From positions 1 to 64,000 of the IMG/VR virus record IMGVR_UViG_3300005937_000004: DNA of 64,000 nt; one strand, written 5' to 3'. The notes beneath the pieces are model-generated. The model was not told where the DNA came from. It was given only the letters and a program-made list of their open reading frames with translations, and made no database searches. The position numbers were made by a program, and so were the translations under genes. Of this stretch, positions 37,992-47,754 are shown one piece after another. The first letter of the stretch is position 1; each line of letters opens with the position of its first letter. The DNA comes from a virus (taxonomy: Duplodnaviria; Caudoviricetes).

Positions 37992-40966
37992 TTGCATTGG
38001 GCCATTGGGTGTAATCTCCCTGAGTTCCACTCTTTGAGTAAGCTTAATCAGTTTGATTTTTATCCCAGTCTGATCAGAAACCCATTGAGCTATTGGAATC
38101 AATTGCTCTAAACGTTTCTCATCAGCTGCCACTAACGGCATGCATCCTACTGGACCCATGGGTGCACCCACCAGTCCTTCATTGCCATCCTCAGCATCTA
38201 CGCTCACAAATGCGTAGATGTCAGTGATTTTCGGCAATGTGTTTTTGGGCTGCATGAATATCGTTCCTTCCGGGATCATAACCATACCTCCACGATTTGT
38301 GGTTCATCATTTGGCATGCGCTCAAGTCGCACCATTCCTCTGGGCAATTTATCACGCACACTTTGCAGTGTGGGACCGAAGAACGCTTTCATCGTTGGCC
38401 TGGTTTCACCAGCTCCAATCAAATGTAGCCTGGCTACGAATCCATCCGGATAATCTGTGGGCCGCTCATACACTGTCCACATATGCAGTTCTTTCATGGT
38501 CCTCCTTTCTGACCCAGAGACCATCGACTTTGATGAATTCTTCATCCATGGAGATATGCAAACAGGCTGCTGCGCCTGCTTTCCATCCATACATGACGAT
38601 GATCCGGTTTACTCCGCCGATGTTGTGCCTCAAGTATCGATGTGACAGAGGCGCTTCATCAGCAAATTCATCCAACCATTTGTGAACTTCCTCAAATGGT
38701 TCACCCAACGCTTTCACTGTCGCTTCGCAATGGATCTTGAACGACGGCATCTTTCTCCTCCTTGTGTTGAACGGGTTTGCCGTTTATTAACAGCCTGCTA
38801 AAATCAAAACGATTGTCTTCAAGCACAATGGTTTTGCCTACATCCAATGCAGCCTTAAGGAATGCAATTCGGTTCTTAACTGTGAGTGGTAGTTCAATTG
38901 TGATTTTCGCCTTCATGATATTCTTTCCATCTCCTCGATCTCATCCAGCGTGAAATCGGGGATATCGATGCGTTCTGCACCGATATTGACCTGCACTATG
39001 CGGATCATGGCAGCACAGTTTTTTGCCTCCTGTTCACGCCACACTTTGTGATCTTGCGTCACATCTAACTTTGCGTAGTCAGCCGCTCTATTGCGACAGA
39101 TGCGCATTGATAGCTCCATGCCCTCAATGAAGGCACGGCGCATGTCCAGTGTGTATAGTTTCATTTCGGTTTCTTTCCTCCTTTTTGTTTAGCCTGCCGC
39201 TCCAACATGCGCGCCACCCTGGCAGACTTTTTCCCCATTGTGCCGTGCCCTTGCCCATAAGCATGGCGATTGTTCTCTTTTGGTGTTCCTTTATTGCTTC
39301 CTCTTGGTTTCCTTTTTGGTTTTTGTTTCATGTTTCAGTTGTATGTCTGGCTTGCGGTTTTCATACGCTGCGATCGCATCATCTAATGTGTCATATCTGC
39401 AGCGCTTATAATACTCATCATCGCGATTGGATGGCATCGGTTCGAACTCCCATTCACCCTCATTATTGAGAGCTAACGGGCCACGCAGCACAGCCCATTT
39501 TACGCCTTGATAATATGGGCTAACCCTGCGGTTAAAACTCACTGCATCAATGTTGTTAGCGAGGAAATCATCCTCATACTTGTATTGTGTTGGTATCAGT
39601 TCCCCTGTTTTCATCTTTGGTTTTTCCGTTCATGTGCAAGAAAGCTATGTCCTTCCATTTTACTGCTGTGTTCATGCCCATAGCCCAGCCCCATGCTTGG
39701 GCGATAACCAGGATCAATCCCAAGATGTAGACTGGCATCCATATTTTGCCTGTGACCAAGGCAAAACCGATTAGTATTAAACAGGTCACTGTTTGACCTA
39801 ATGCTATCAGTGTGTATTTCATGTTTGTTGTCCTTTCTGGTTTGGTGTTAGCTCATCCCAGTCTACAGGCTCAATGTCTTTGATCCCGCATGCTGGGCAT
39901 TCTCCGTTACAAGCGCATTCCCATATATCTGTCCATTCTACGCCTGGTCTGACTTTGCAATCGTCATGCCGATATTTGATCAGATATAGCTGATTCATTT
40001 TAATTGCTTTAGCTATTGTTGCCCAGTAAGCCAAGCGCTTGCGCAGAATAGGCGCGCACACTGTGACTTTCCCGTTCTCTACCACAAAGCCTGCACAAAT
40101 GCCTTTGTGCGTGACCTGATAAAGCCCATCTCTCACAATCGCTCAAACCCACGATCATGGTCACCCAAATCAGGCCGAAACTGAAAGCCTGCTGTAGCGA
40201 TTTGAGTCGCTTCATCTGTTTTGCCTTCACGCGCTAATCGCTCCACATGTTTGAGTTGTTCTTCTTCCAAGTAGCTGACAGTGATCAGCCCCAATGGCTC
40301 AGCCCAAGGCAATTCCCAGCATCGGATCTCAAATGGGTCTTGTTTCTTTATCCGTTCTATGTTCTCTGGACCAAGGATGATGAGCATATCCCTGCGCCCT
40401 TGATTGTTATTCCTGCTTAATATCAGTGGCATAAGTTTAATGAGTGTGTGGGACGTCAGCTGCGCATTGCTCACAAATGACTGTGAGATGTTCTCCTGCT
40501 TGAGGAGGCAGATCTCCGATTCTTATGTAATTAGCCGCTCTCAAATCATCGGGATTGATCAATCGATCTTTGCCCCATTGTCTGATCTCAGCTATTGCGT
40601 CGGGATCTGATGTATCCATTTGATACAGCGCAGTTTCGCCTCCAGGGAATAATCCCATGTTCTTCACTTTGCTAAGTGCTGACTCTTCATCCCTGGCATC
40701 AGTTATGATGACGCCAACGTTCTTGTGATTTTTTACAAACGACATCCAATAAGTGTTCATGGTCTTGTTTTGATATAAAGAACTCCCACGTCTCTATTGT
40801 ATCGCTGCACAATGGCGCACTCATGATGCACCTGTATTGCTTCAGCAATATTGTCTGCAGTATCAGTGCCATCAATTGTGACTAGCACTGTTGGTTTATC
40901 GTCGCGCATACCGCACACTGGGCACGCTGGCCCTGCTGGATTGAAATGGTCGAATACCCTGCTCAT
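37971..40966 (-). other. Cluster of about 11 small hypothetical ORFs
   Basis: Includes 38466-38750 (HKWLDE..HRYLRHN, DUF6915-like), 37971-38285, 38276-~38497, 38701-38916, 38913-39164, 39291-39614, 39574-39822, 39819-40136, 40133-40474, 40437-40760, 40757-40966. Confidence 0.55.
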
Positions 40967-41190
40967 TGCTTTAGATTTTCCTCAATAAGCGATTCCAAGT
41001 ATTGCCTGATAGAGGCGATGTGCCAAAGGCGCTTACCACGCTTTGTGCCTTTCTGCTGCAGTGTCACACTCTTAATCAGTCGATCCCAATGTAATTGATA
41101 CAATAGTGAACGCTTGATACCGAAGCGCTGATATATCCCATCTGAATCAGCATACTCTGCTATGTCGTATTGGTTTGGTTTTGGTTTCAT
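40963..41190 (-). CDS. Excisionase/AlpA-like winged-helix protein
   Basis: FGIKRSLLYQL...IKSV...GKRLWHIASIRQYL. Confidence 0.65.
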   Translation of the reverse strand: MKPKPNQYDIAEYADSDGIYQRFGIKRSLLYQLHWDRLIKSVTLQQKGTKRGKRLWHIASIRQYLESLIEENLKQ

Positions 41191-41309
41191 ATGACCCTCT
41201 TTTTCATGGTGGTGGTTAAAGAAATCTATTAATGGAAATGATGTTTTAGGTCAGGACCGTTAGGTTGCTTGAAAAACTTGTGGAAGCTCTTCAAAGTTTA
41301 GGCTTTACG

Positions 41310-41445
41310 GGGCGGGGGAGGGACTCGAACCCTCAATCTCTACGATCCTTGATAGTCTGCCTTATTACTTCGGCAGCTGCCCTCATTTAAAGGGCTAGAA
41401 TCAAGTATCAGGACCGCCGCGTTAACCTATTCCGCCATCCCCGCC
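41310..41445 (-). tRNA. tRNA-Leu(UAA)-like element with a 59-nt insert in the anticodon loop
   Basis: Acceptor GGCGGGG/CCCCGCC; Leu-type D arm GGCGGAATAGGTTAACGC; stem GCGGT/ATCGT; T arm GAGGG-TTCGAGT-CCCTC; insert 41351-41409. Confidence 0.65.
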
Positions 41446-41465
41446 AGATTAGCCTCAGGCGAATG

Positions 41466-42591
41466 CTACTGAGGCACTGAATTTTGTGTCAAGACTTTTT
41501 CAAAGCCGTAATCATCGATCTTCTCGGCATGCAAACCATGGAGCGCGATGAAATGACGTTGAACCCGGTATTCGCCTTTCCCGGCGACCTTCACTGTGAC
41601 GAATTGTTCGCCAGCCAGCTCAATCATCCGATCGACCTGTTGTTTGATCGATTGCTTGGAATAATGCAGTGGTCGACCGCATTGGCAGTATCCCAGCGGA
41701 GTTTCACTTTCCTTGGTCACTTTCATCGATGACCTCGAAACTGAATTCTTTCGCGTAATCTTTGGCATCCGCTGCAGTGCTGAAATTGGATACCTGAACG
41801 TTGCCAAAGATCGGCACCCAACGCGATCCGCTCCATGCCAGGCTCAAATCATCCGCTTTGAGCACTGCCCACCGGTTAAACTGCAGATACGGTCTGACTT
41901 TGACCTTCTGTTTTACTGGGACCTGTCCAAGACCACCTGGATATTCGTGTTCGCCTCGTTTCCGTGGCTTTTGAATTTCCCGTTTTTTGGAAACGATCCT
42001 GGTCAATATACCGAACGCTTCACCTGCCCCACCGAATGTTGGCGCGTTGGGTATCAAACCCATGATCGCATCCAGATCCCGGCCAGCACTGTCGACTTCC
42101 AATTGCAGATCGTTGGCTCGCTTCTCTTGGTCTCCAGCTTCCAGTAGCAGCCGTTTATTCTCTTCCTCGGAGAGCTCGAATTTTAACGTCAGAATTGCAA
42201 GTGATCCTTGGGCTTTAATCTTTTCCCTGGTCTCCTGCAACCGAACACTTTCCGCTGTTGTCATTGCCTGCTCCATCTTCCACATGTCGCAGTTATCCGT
42301 GTGACCGTATGGGATTTCGCCATCACAAAGTTTGCAACATCCTATGTCGTCCAACCACTTTCCATCACGCTTACTCAACTCCAGTGGGTGGGTTGGTCTA
42401 AGAAAGACGGTCTTGGTCAGTTTGGACGTCGGCTCGATGACGTTGCAGATCAGATCGCCTTCCTGTTTCGGGGTCTCTTCGTCACTGATGACCTGAATGA
42501 TCTTATAGGCAAGACCATAGATATTGCGCTCTTTGGCGCGTTTGCGCTCTTCACTTGGAAGAATGCTTGTTTGCGATGTTTCTTCTTTCAT
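41466..42591 (-). other. Two hypothetical ORFs (41466-~41732, 41704-42591)
   Basis: ORF track; the second has CCKLC..HTDNC and a coiled coil. Confidence 0.55.
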
Positions 42592-42645
42592 TTTTTTCCT
42601 TTGGTGGGGCGATCAGGAATAGCCCGATCGCCCCTGGATTGAGTT

Positions 42646-43494
42646 TTATTGTTTCTGCATCATTTCGGCTTTCATAATGTCGAATGCCGAAACTTCGACT
42701 CCGTTCACTATGCAACCGTTGTCGTCACAGCAACCCATGTTGTAACAAGTGAACCACAGGAAGTGTATCTGGCAGCGATACCCATCGGGACAACAGATTG
42801 GTCGTGTCCAATACCATCCGCATTCAGACCCGCCGTAATACCACACAGGAGCGCAATAATGTGTTCCTGGCGCACACTCGATTGGCGTAGGAGATGGCGG
42901 CAATGGTGTTGGCGTGGGTGATGGCGTTGGCGTAGGGGTAGGGTACGGTGTAGGCCGTGGCACCGGCGTCGGTGATGCCGAGCAAGCTGGATGCGTAATG
43001 CGGTCGCGTGTTCTTACCGTATATTGTTGCCCAAGGCAGAACGTCGCACCCGCCCAGACTGCTTGCCAATCCGGACCAATGTGCGGGATGCCGTCGGCAG
43101 CCGCTATCCAATAGGTGTCAGTTGGGAATGTATGTGGCAGACCGTCGCACACGACGTTATCGAAGCGACGAACAATGTGCACCGTGTCGGTAAGACAGCC
43201 GGTGAGGTTCGTCGGAACACTCATGCAACCACCAGTTTTCGGAGTGTGCCCCGGTGGACATGAGTAAACTACTGTACCAATCCCGTAGCCTTTGACCGTC
43301 AATTGTATGTCTGTATAGACGGTTGTGACAAGTGGGTTTGGCACTTCTGGTTCCATGTTCTGATATTCAGTGTGCATTACCACTGTGTCCGAATCCGTCC
43401 CGTTTGGTTGGGGGTTTACCTGCGCCACTAGCGCAGCCATTACTGCGGTTAATACTGCCGCTAATATCAGCAGTAAGCTTATTGTTCTTTTCAT
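42646..43494 (-). CDS. Secreted Cys-rich protein with a Pro/Thr linker
   Basis: Signal peptide, (PT)n linker, Cys-rich domains on both sides; GAAAGGAAA RBS. Confidence 0.7.
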   Translation of the reverse strand: MKRTISLLLILAAVLTAVMAALVAQVNPQPNGTDSDTVVMHTEYQNMEPEVPNPLVTTVYTDIQLTVKGYGIGTVVYSCPPGHTPKTGGCMSVPTNLTGCLTDTVHIVRRFDNVVCDGLPHTFPTDTYWIAAADGIPHIGPDWQAVWAGATFCLGQQYTVRTRDRITHPACSASPTPVPRPTPYPTPTPTPSPTPTPLPPSPTPIECAPGTHYCAPVWYYGGSECGWYWTRPICCPDGYRCQIHFLWFTCYNMGCCDDNGCIVNGVEVSAFDIMKAEMMQKQ

Positions 43495-43525
43495 GTTTCC
43501 TTTCTGTTTATTTTTTGTGTTGACT

Positions 43526-43599
43526 GGGCAGGGGAAGGAATCGAACCTTCAAAGAGAATCCCGCAAAGACTCTTGCCTTAGCCATTCAGCCACCCTGCC
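43526..43599 (-). tRNA. Atypical tRNA (loop TT-TGC-GG, 6-bp anticodon stem, no G3:U70)
   Basis: GGCAGGG/CCCTGCC; D arm GCTGAATGGCTAAGGC; AGAGTC/GATTCT; T arm GAAGG-TTCGATT-CCTTC; no CCA. Confidence 0.7.
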
Positions 43600-43608
43600 A
43601 GGTTAAGG

Positions 43609-44160
43609 TTAGATCATTGTTGTCGCATTCAGGAGGGACAGACGACCATCTAGTTCGCCCAAGATCTTTTCGATCTCTTCGCGCTCAGACGCCAATTCCA
43701 GTTCGTTGATGTTCACAACGATTTCTTTGGCCTGGTTATCGCTATTCTGGACCGCAGCGGCAGCAGCAGTGACATTGAAGCCCTGCTGTTGCGCTAGACG
43801 CCTGGTGCCCTGGATCTTTTCCCACATCCGACCGAGCTCAACCTGATTGAGTGGCGCGACTTCCCTGCGCCAGATCAACCATTCGAACACGCTCATCTCT
43901 CTTTCGCCCATCTTGAGCCTGGTAGCCAGGTTAGCCTGTTGGATCGCCAGCCTTAAGTCTACAATGCGATTGCGCAGGTCCGCGATCGATTGGCGTTCGC
44001 GCTTGATGTATTCCACGCTACCGCCGTCTTTCTCCATCGGATCACGCAACCTGGAGTCTCGGGAGAGATACTCCATGAGCTGCGCTTGTTTGGTGTCTGT
44101 GCGTTTGCCGATTGTCTTAATCTCGGCCAACGCCTCAGTGATAGTAATATCGAACTTCAT
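43609..44160 (-). CDS. DIP1984/DUF6847-like coiled-coil protein
   Basis: ITITEALAEIKTI..R, RDP, DLRNRIV.LR.AIQQAN, MSVFEWL.WRRE, LDGRLSLLNATT pattern. Confidence 0.6.
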   Translation of the reverse strand: MKFDITITEALAEIKTIGKRTDTKQAQLMEYLSRDSRLRDPMEKDGGSVEYIKRERQSIADLRNRIVDLRLAIQQANLATRLKMGEREMSVFEWLIWRREVAPLNQVELGRMWEKIQGTRRLAQQQGFNVTAAAAAVQNSDNQAKEIVVNINELELASEREEIEKILGELDGRLSLLNATTMI

Positions 44161-44199
44161 TTTTATGTTTCCTTTCAGGTTTGTTGTTTGGGTTGTGTA

Positions 44200-44480
44200 A
44201 TGGGGGGGGTTGCCTCCGGATAGCAGCCGTGAACCCAGAAAAGCGCCACACGCGGCGTTTCCCGCTCCTCTCAGAGTCGGGCAGGTTTTACCACGGATTT
44301 TGACCAGCTTTAATCTTTCAACCCTCAGCGTTTAGAACCTAAACTTTCAGTTTTAAGCTTTCAGCTTTGAGTTGGTGCGGGAATCGAACCCGCGAATCCA
44401 TTTTTGCACAATGGTCAAGATTGTGATTCTTGAATTGTAGTCGTGTGTTTTATCTCCGTTTCGCTAATGAAGGCAAACTG
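44200..44480 (-). ncRNA. Predicted structured ncRNA: tRNA-like domain + ten 7-nt repeats + multi-stem domain
   Basis: Anticodon-like hairpin 44415-44433; hairpin 44398-44414; perfect T arm GCGGG-TTCGATT-CCCGC 44377-44393; heptamer array 44300-44370; CCGTG/CACGG-closed domain 44227-44296; no ORF. Confidence 0.65.
44300..44370 (-). repeat. Heptamer tandem array (consensus TRAAAGY)
   Basis: TCAAAGC TGAAAGC TTAAAAC TGAAAGT TTAGGTT CTAAACG (C) TGAGGGT TGAAAGA TTAAAGC TGGTCAA. Confidence 0.75.
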
Positions 44481-44493
44481 TTAAAATTGTAAA

Positions 44494-44566
44494 AGGCGAG
44501 GAATCGGGTTCGAACCGAGCTCTACCGGAATTATCCGATTGTTTTGCCGTACTAAACTACCCCGCC
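44494..44566 (-). tRNA. tRNA-like element with a collapsed anticodon loop
   Basis: GGCGGGG/CCTCGCC; D arm GTTT/AAAC; ATCGGA-TAAT-TCCGGT; T loop TTCGAAC with an imperfect stem. Confidence 0.6.
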
Positions 44567-44577
44567 AGGGTGTTGCT

Positions 44578-44988
44578 TTACGACTGACTCATCTCGACCG
44601 CAAACGGTTTTCTGTGGCACGCCATCGGCGCATGCTTGACCGGTTGATGCGGTACCACCCTCTCTATGAGCGGAATGCCAAGAATATTAGCAACCCGTTC
44701 TTCGATCTTGTTGAAACATCGCAGAGCGAGTTCCCATTTCTGGTCCTGGACAAACCCAGCAAACTGGACTCCTAACAGATTCAACTGTTGGTCGATTGGA
44801 GATTTATCCCGATTGCGGCCTAATTTAGTGCATAGTTGTCCACACGCACATGTAGGCCATGACCCGGCTTTATCAGTTAATTGCTTTTGATCTTCGAAAT
44901 GGATCGGTGCACCCTGAGCCAGTGGGACCAGGACATCGAACCAATCGAACTTATTGTAGTTTATCTCCAGCATTGGTTCTGCTTTCAT
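44578..44988 (-). CDS. Hypothetical protein
   Basis: Start re-called at MKAEPMLEI after a GAAAGGAAA RBS; WPTCACGQ motif. Confidence 0.6.
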   Translation of the reverse strand: MKAEPMLEINYNKFDWFDVLVPLAQGAPIHFEDQKQLTDKAGSWPTCACGQLCTKLGRNRDKSPIDQQLNLLGVQFAGFVQDQKWELALRCFNKIEERVANILGIPLIERVVPHQPVKHAPMACHRKPFAVEMSQS

Positions 44989-45134
44989 GTTTCCTTTCGT
45001 TGTTGTTAGTGTTTTCTGCTTCTTGATCCCAGATATACACCGAGTAAAAACCATACCGGTGTTAGAAGGGACCAGACCAACACAATGGCTGTTTGCCATT
45101 TGTTCATTCCGAGGGGTTCCTTTCTTGTTTGTTG

Positions 45135-45976
45135 TTACCTTGCCTGCTGTACCGAGCTTGAACGTGCCGCGACCTGTCATATCTCGCCTGTTCCTTCCTT
45201 ATCCCGCCTGCCAGTCCTGAGCGAACGTTACCCCGCACTAACCATCTTACGGGACCCCGACTCGCCTGCCACGCCGTAGACCGACAGATCGCCCAAGACG
45301 ATCTCCACCCGGACGGGCCTGCCGTACCAGTTCTTTTCACCTACAGAGCGATCAGCTCCGCTTACGCCCTGCCTGCCATGCCAGTCCCCTGTTTGGTCAT
45401 TCTCCGCTATCTCAATACCGGACTGACCTGTACCCGCCTCTCCTGCATTTCCGGACCGAAGACTCCCGTGGCTACCGAGTCCCGCTTTACTGTCCGGACC
45501 TCACTGGAACACTCTACTGGTTCCGTACCGAGCCGCGCCTGCCCAACCAATCAAGGACTCTATAGATCCAACTCCAACGAACTGGACCCCATCAATCCCT
45601 GCCTGCTAAATCTATCCTTGCCATTCTAAATCAGCCCATGACGGCCCCAGGTCATAGCTACCCTCATCTTGCCTGCAGTTCCTATCTCTACCGATAGAAG
45701 ACTTTCCGAAGCCAATCCGTCGTTGCCAAACCCAACCTGCGCGATCGGGCCTGCCCCGCCATACACACATCCGACTGTACCGGGACGTATCTTGCCTGCC
45801 ATACCATTCCCCTGCTACTACGAAGCTTTTCACAACTATCTGGACCTGATCTTTCCATGCCTGCCGTGGCTTAGCTTGGTCATCCCCAATCTATCTAACC
45901 ATTCTCTTCTACGCCTGCCGTGCCTACTGATTCCTTGCTGCTGCCCTTCACAACCCGCTTAACCTTCCCCGCCTGC
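45135..45976 (-). repeat. VIPR-like guide array, sub-array C (about 13-14 units)
   Basis: GCCTGC (+ strand) at 45142, 45206, 45264, 45317, 45371, ~45441, 45537, 45601, 45671, 45749, 45794, 45859, 45913, 45971; 5-nt NN+triplet periodicity between them. Confidence 0.8.
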
Positions 45977-46000
45977 GGAATTGACATTGGAAATAGATGT

Positions 46001-46225
46001 GTGCCCGGTAAACTTGGAAGTCCATCTCCAATCGAGACGATCTGGCTCTTAGAACAGTTCGAAAAACTTCACAACGAGCATCTATTGATCTTGAGAAAGA
46101 TCGATGAAATCCAAACGACAATTAATCCAGCTTTAGAAAAGCAGGTGCGTTTGGCATTGACACTCGCCACAAAGGTTGACCAAAAAGTTCCAGACATAAA
46201 TGTCCCACCATCAACCAAACCGTAA
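46001..46225 (+). CDS. Small coiled-coil protein inside the array
   Basis: GTG 46001 is in frame with ORF 45920-46225 and 14 nt after TTGACA (45981). Confidence 0.6.
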   Translation: MPGKLGSPSPIETIWLLEQFEKLHNEHLLILRKIDEIQTTINPALEKQVRLALTLATKVDQKVPDINVPPSTKP

Positions 46226-46237
46226 GGATAAAAAACC

Positions 46238-46483
46238 ATGGCAATGACACAAGCAGAAGCTACCGCAGCGCTGACCAAAACCAACGAAACGCTGGTCAAG
46301 ATCAGCAATGAAACCGACGCGCTCCTTCGTGAGATCGAAGCTTTGAAGAAAGCCTTAGCCGACGCTGGCGGACCGGGTGGAACGATCACGCCAGAATTGG
46401 AAGCTGCCGTCAACGCAGTTGGAACAAGGGCGGAAGCCATTGACCAGCTGGTCGAGGATGTGCCTCAGCCAGAGGGCAAATAA
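46238..46483 (+). CDS. Small acidic Ala-rich coiled-coil protein
   Basis: 81 aa, natural composition, follows the previous ORF. Confidence 0.7.
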   Translation: MAMTQAEATAALTKTNETLVKISNETDALLREIEALKKALADAGGPGGTITPELEAAVNAVGTRAEAIDQLVEDVPQPEGK

Positions 46484-46547
46484 TTTTATTTGACTCGCTG
46501 TCGGAATAGGAATAGAAATTCTGGCAAGGTTAAGGCATTAAGATCGT

Positions 46548-46589
46548 GTGGGGCGGGCAGCCGTAAAAAGCGCCGCCCCGCCACTTTTT
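46548..46589 (+). terminator. Probable intrinsic terminator of the plus-strand cassette
   Basis: GC-rich imperfect hairpin GTGGGGCGG...CCGCCCCGCCAC followed by TTTTT. Confidence 0.55.
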
Positions 46590-47500
46590 AACGAACCGGG
46601 CTGGAGATACCTGGTCGCTCCAATTCAAACCCCGCCTGCGCTATCATTCCATACCCAAACGGGATCGATCATGCGATCCCAATCTTGCCTATTCCCGCCT
46701 GCCTGATCAAACCAAGTCAAGCCTGACCCGCTCCATAGCTCTACTGTCTGCGCCACCCGTCCCAAAACCGTCCATGCCTGCCGTGCCTTTAGGTGCCTGA
46801 GCGAATCAATACTTCAAGCCCTTGCCTCGCCTGCCGATCCTTGCCGACGCAAGATCATTCCTGGGCTCTACAGTTCATGACTTGTTTCTTCCCGCCTGCT
46901 GTTCCCAGCCCGATCCGGACTGAGCTCTCCACAGTAATCCCATACAATTCATACCTGCCGTGCTTATTCCCATTTCTCCCCAGTTGACTGCTCTATAGCA
47001 TTCCTCGCCTGCCGTTCCGAAGCTTCCTAGATCCACCATACCTCGATCCGTCCATAGACCGATCGAGCACACCAACCAGCTCCTCGCCTGCCCTGCCATC
47101 CCCGAGCTCAGTTCGACCTCATCGTGACAGTCCAGCTTCTCCGTGCCTTGACCCTCGCCCCCCAACGTTACGGACCGAACTCACCACGCCTGCGCATCCG
47201 AGCCAACACCGCTTGACCCAACTGGACCGGTTCCCAGCCCATTAGTCTAAGCCCAACCTCGCCTGCCCCACTGCGTTTTTCCGAACCAACCCGGACCTGA
47301 CCCAAAAGGATCAAATCCCTCTGCCCATACCATGCCTGCGATGCCCCATCTTGGTTCACCAAATCGGGGTGGAACAGTCCAGATAACGCCTGCCACAGAA
47401 TATCTATCCCGCGCAACCCAGGTCTCATCTATTCGTGATACCAGCTCTCCAGGCCTGCCTTGCCATGACGCAGCCCGGCTACTCAAGCTGCATCCAAAAT
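46590..47500 (-). repeat. VIPR-like guide array, sub-array B (about 13 units)
   Basis: GCCTGC at 46634, 46697, 46776, 46829, 46894, 46953 (variant), 47007, 47086, 47188, 47261, 47334, 47388, 47453. Confidence 0.8.
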
Positions 47501-47571
47501 TATTTCTGCTGCGATTTATGGGCATGGCAGCAATAAACAACCCACAAACCACGGAAAAACAGAGTGCCCCA

Positions 47572-47691
47572 ATGACAGGTGGTGGCAATCCTGTTGTTCA
47601 TCCTAATGATCCGAGTATTACTCCGGAGGAAAGAGAACGGCGGGAGCGTGAGGAACGTGAACGCCAGCGAAAACAGAAGCAGTCGAAATAA
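47572..47691 (+). CDS. Very small charged protein
   Basis: MTGGGNPVVHPNDPSITPEERERREREERERQRKQKQSK; start uncertain. Confidence 0.4.
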   Translation: MTGGGNPVVHPNDPSITPEERERREREERERQRKQKQSK

Positions 47692-47754
47692 CTGCATCGC
47701 TTGTGATGGTTCAAAGCCTCACAAGCGAACATATTGACACCTGGAGGATTTAGT

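Noticed and set aside
41351-41409. Group I intron
   Set aside because: Only 59 nt, no P/Q/R/S core, and it ends in C rather than the required terminal G; kept only as an unexplained insert.
44200-44299. Hammerhead ribozyme or TPP/cobalamin riboswitch in the ncRNA 3' domain
   Set aside because: CTGAGAG and GGGAAAC resemble pieces of those cores, but CUGANGA is not matched and the element order does not fit the riboswitches.
45104-47588. Many 60-120 aa ORFs on both strands across the GGCAGGC arrays
   Set aside because: Low-complexity G/R/W- or P/C/L-rich translations without RBS; by-products of the pentamer repeats.
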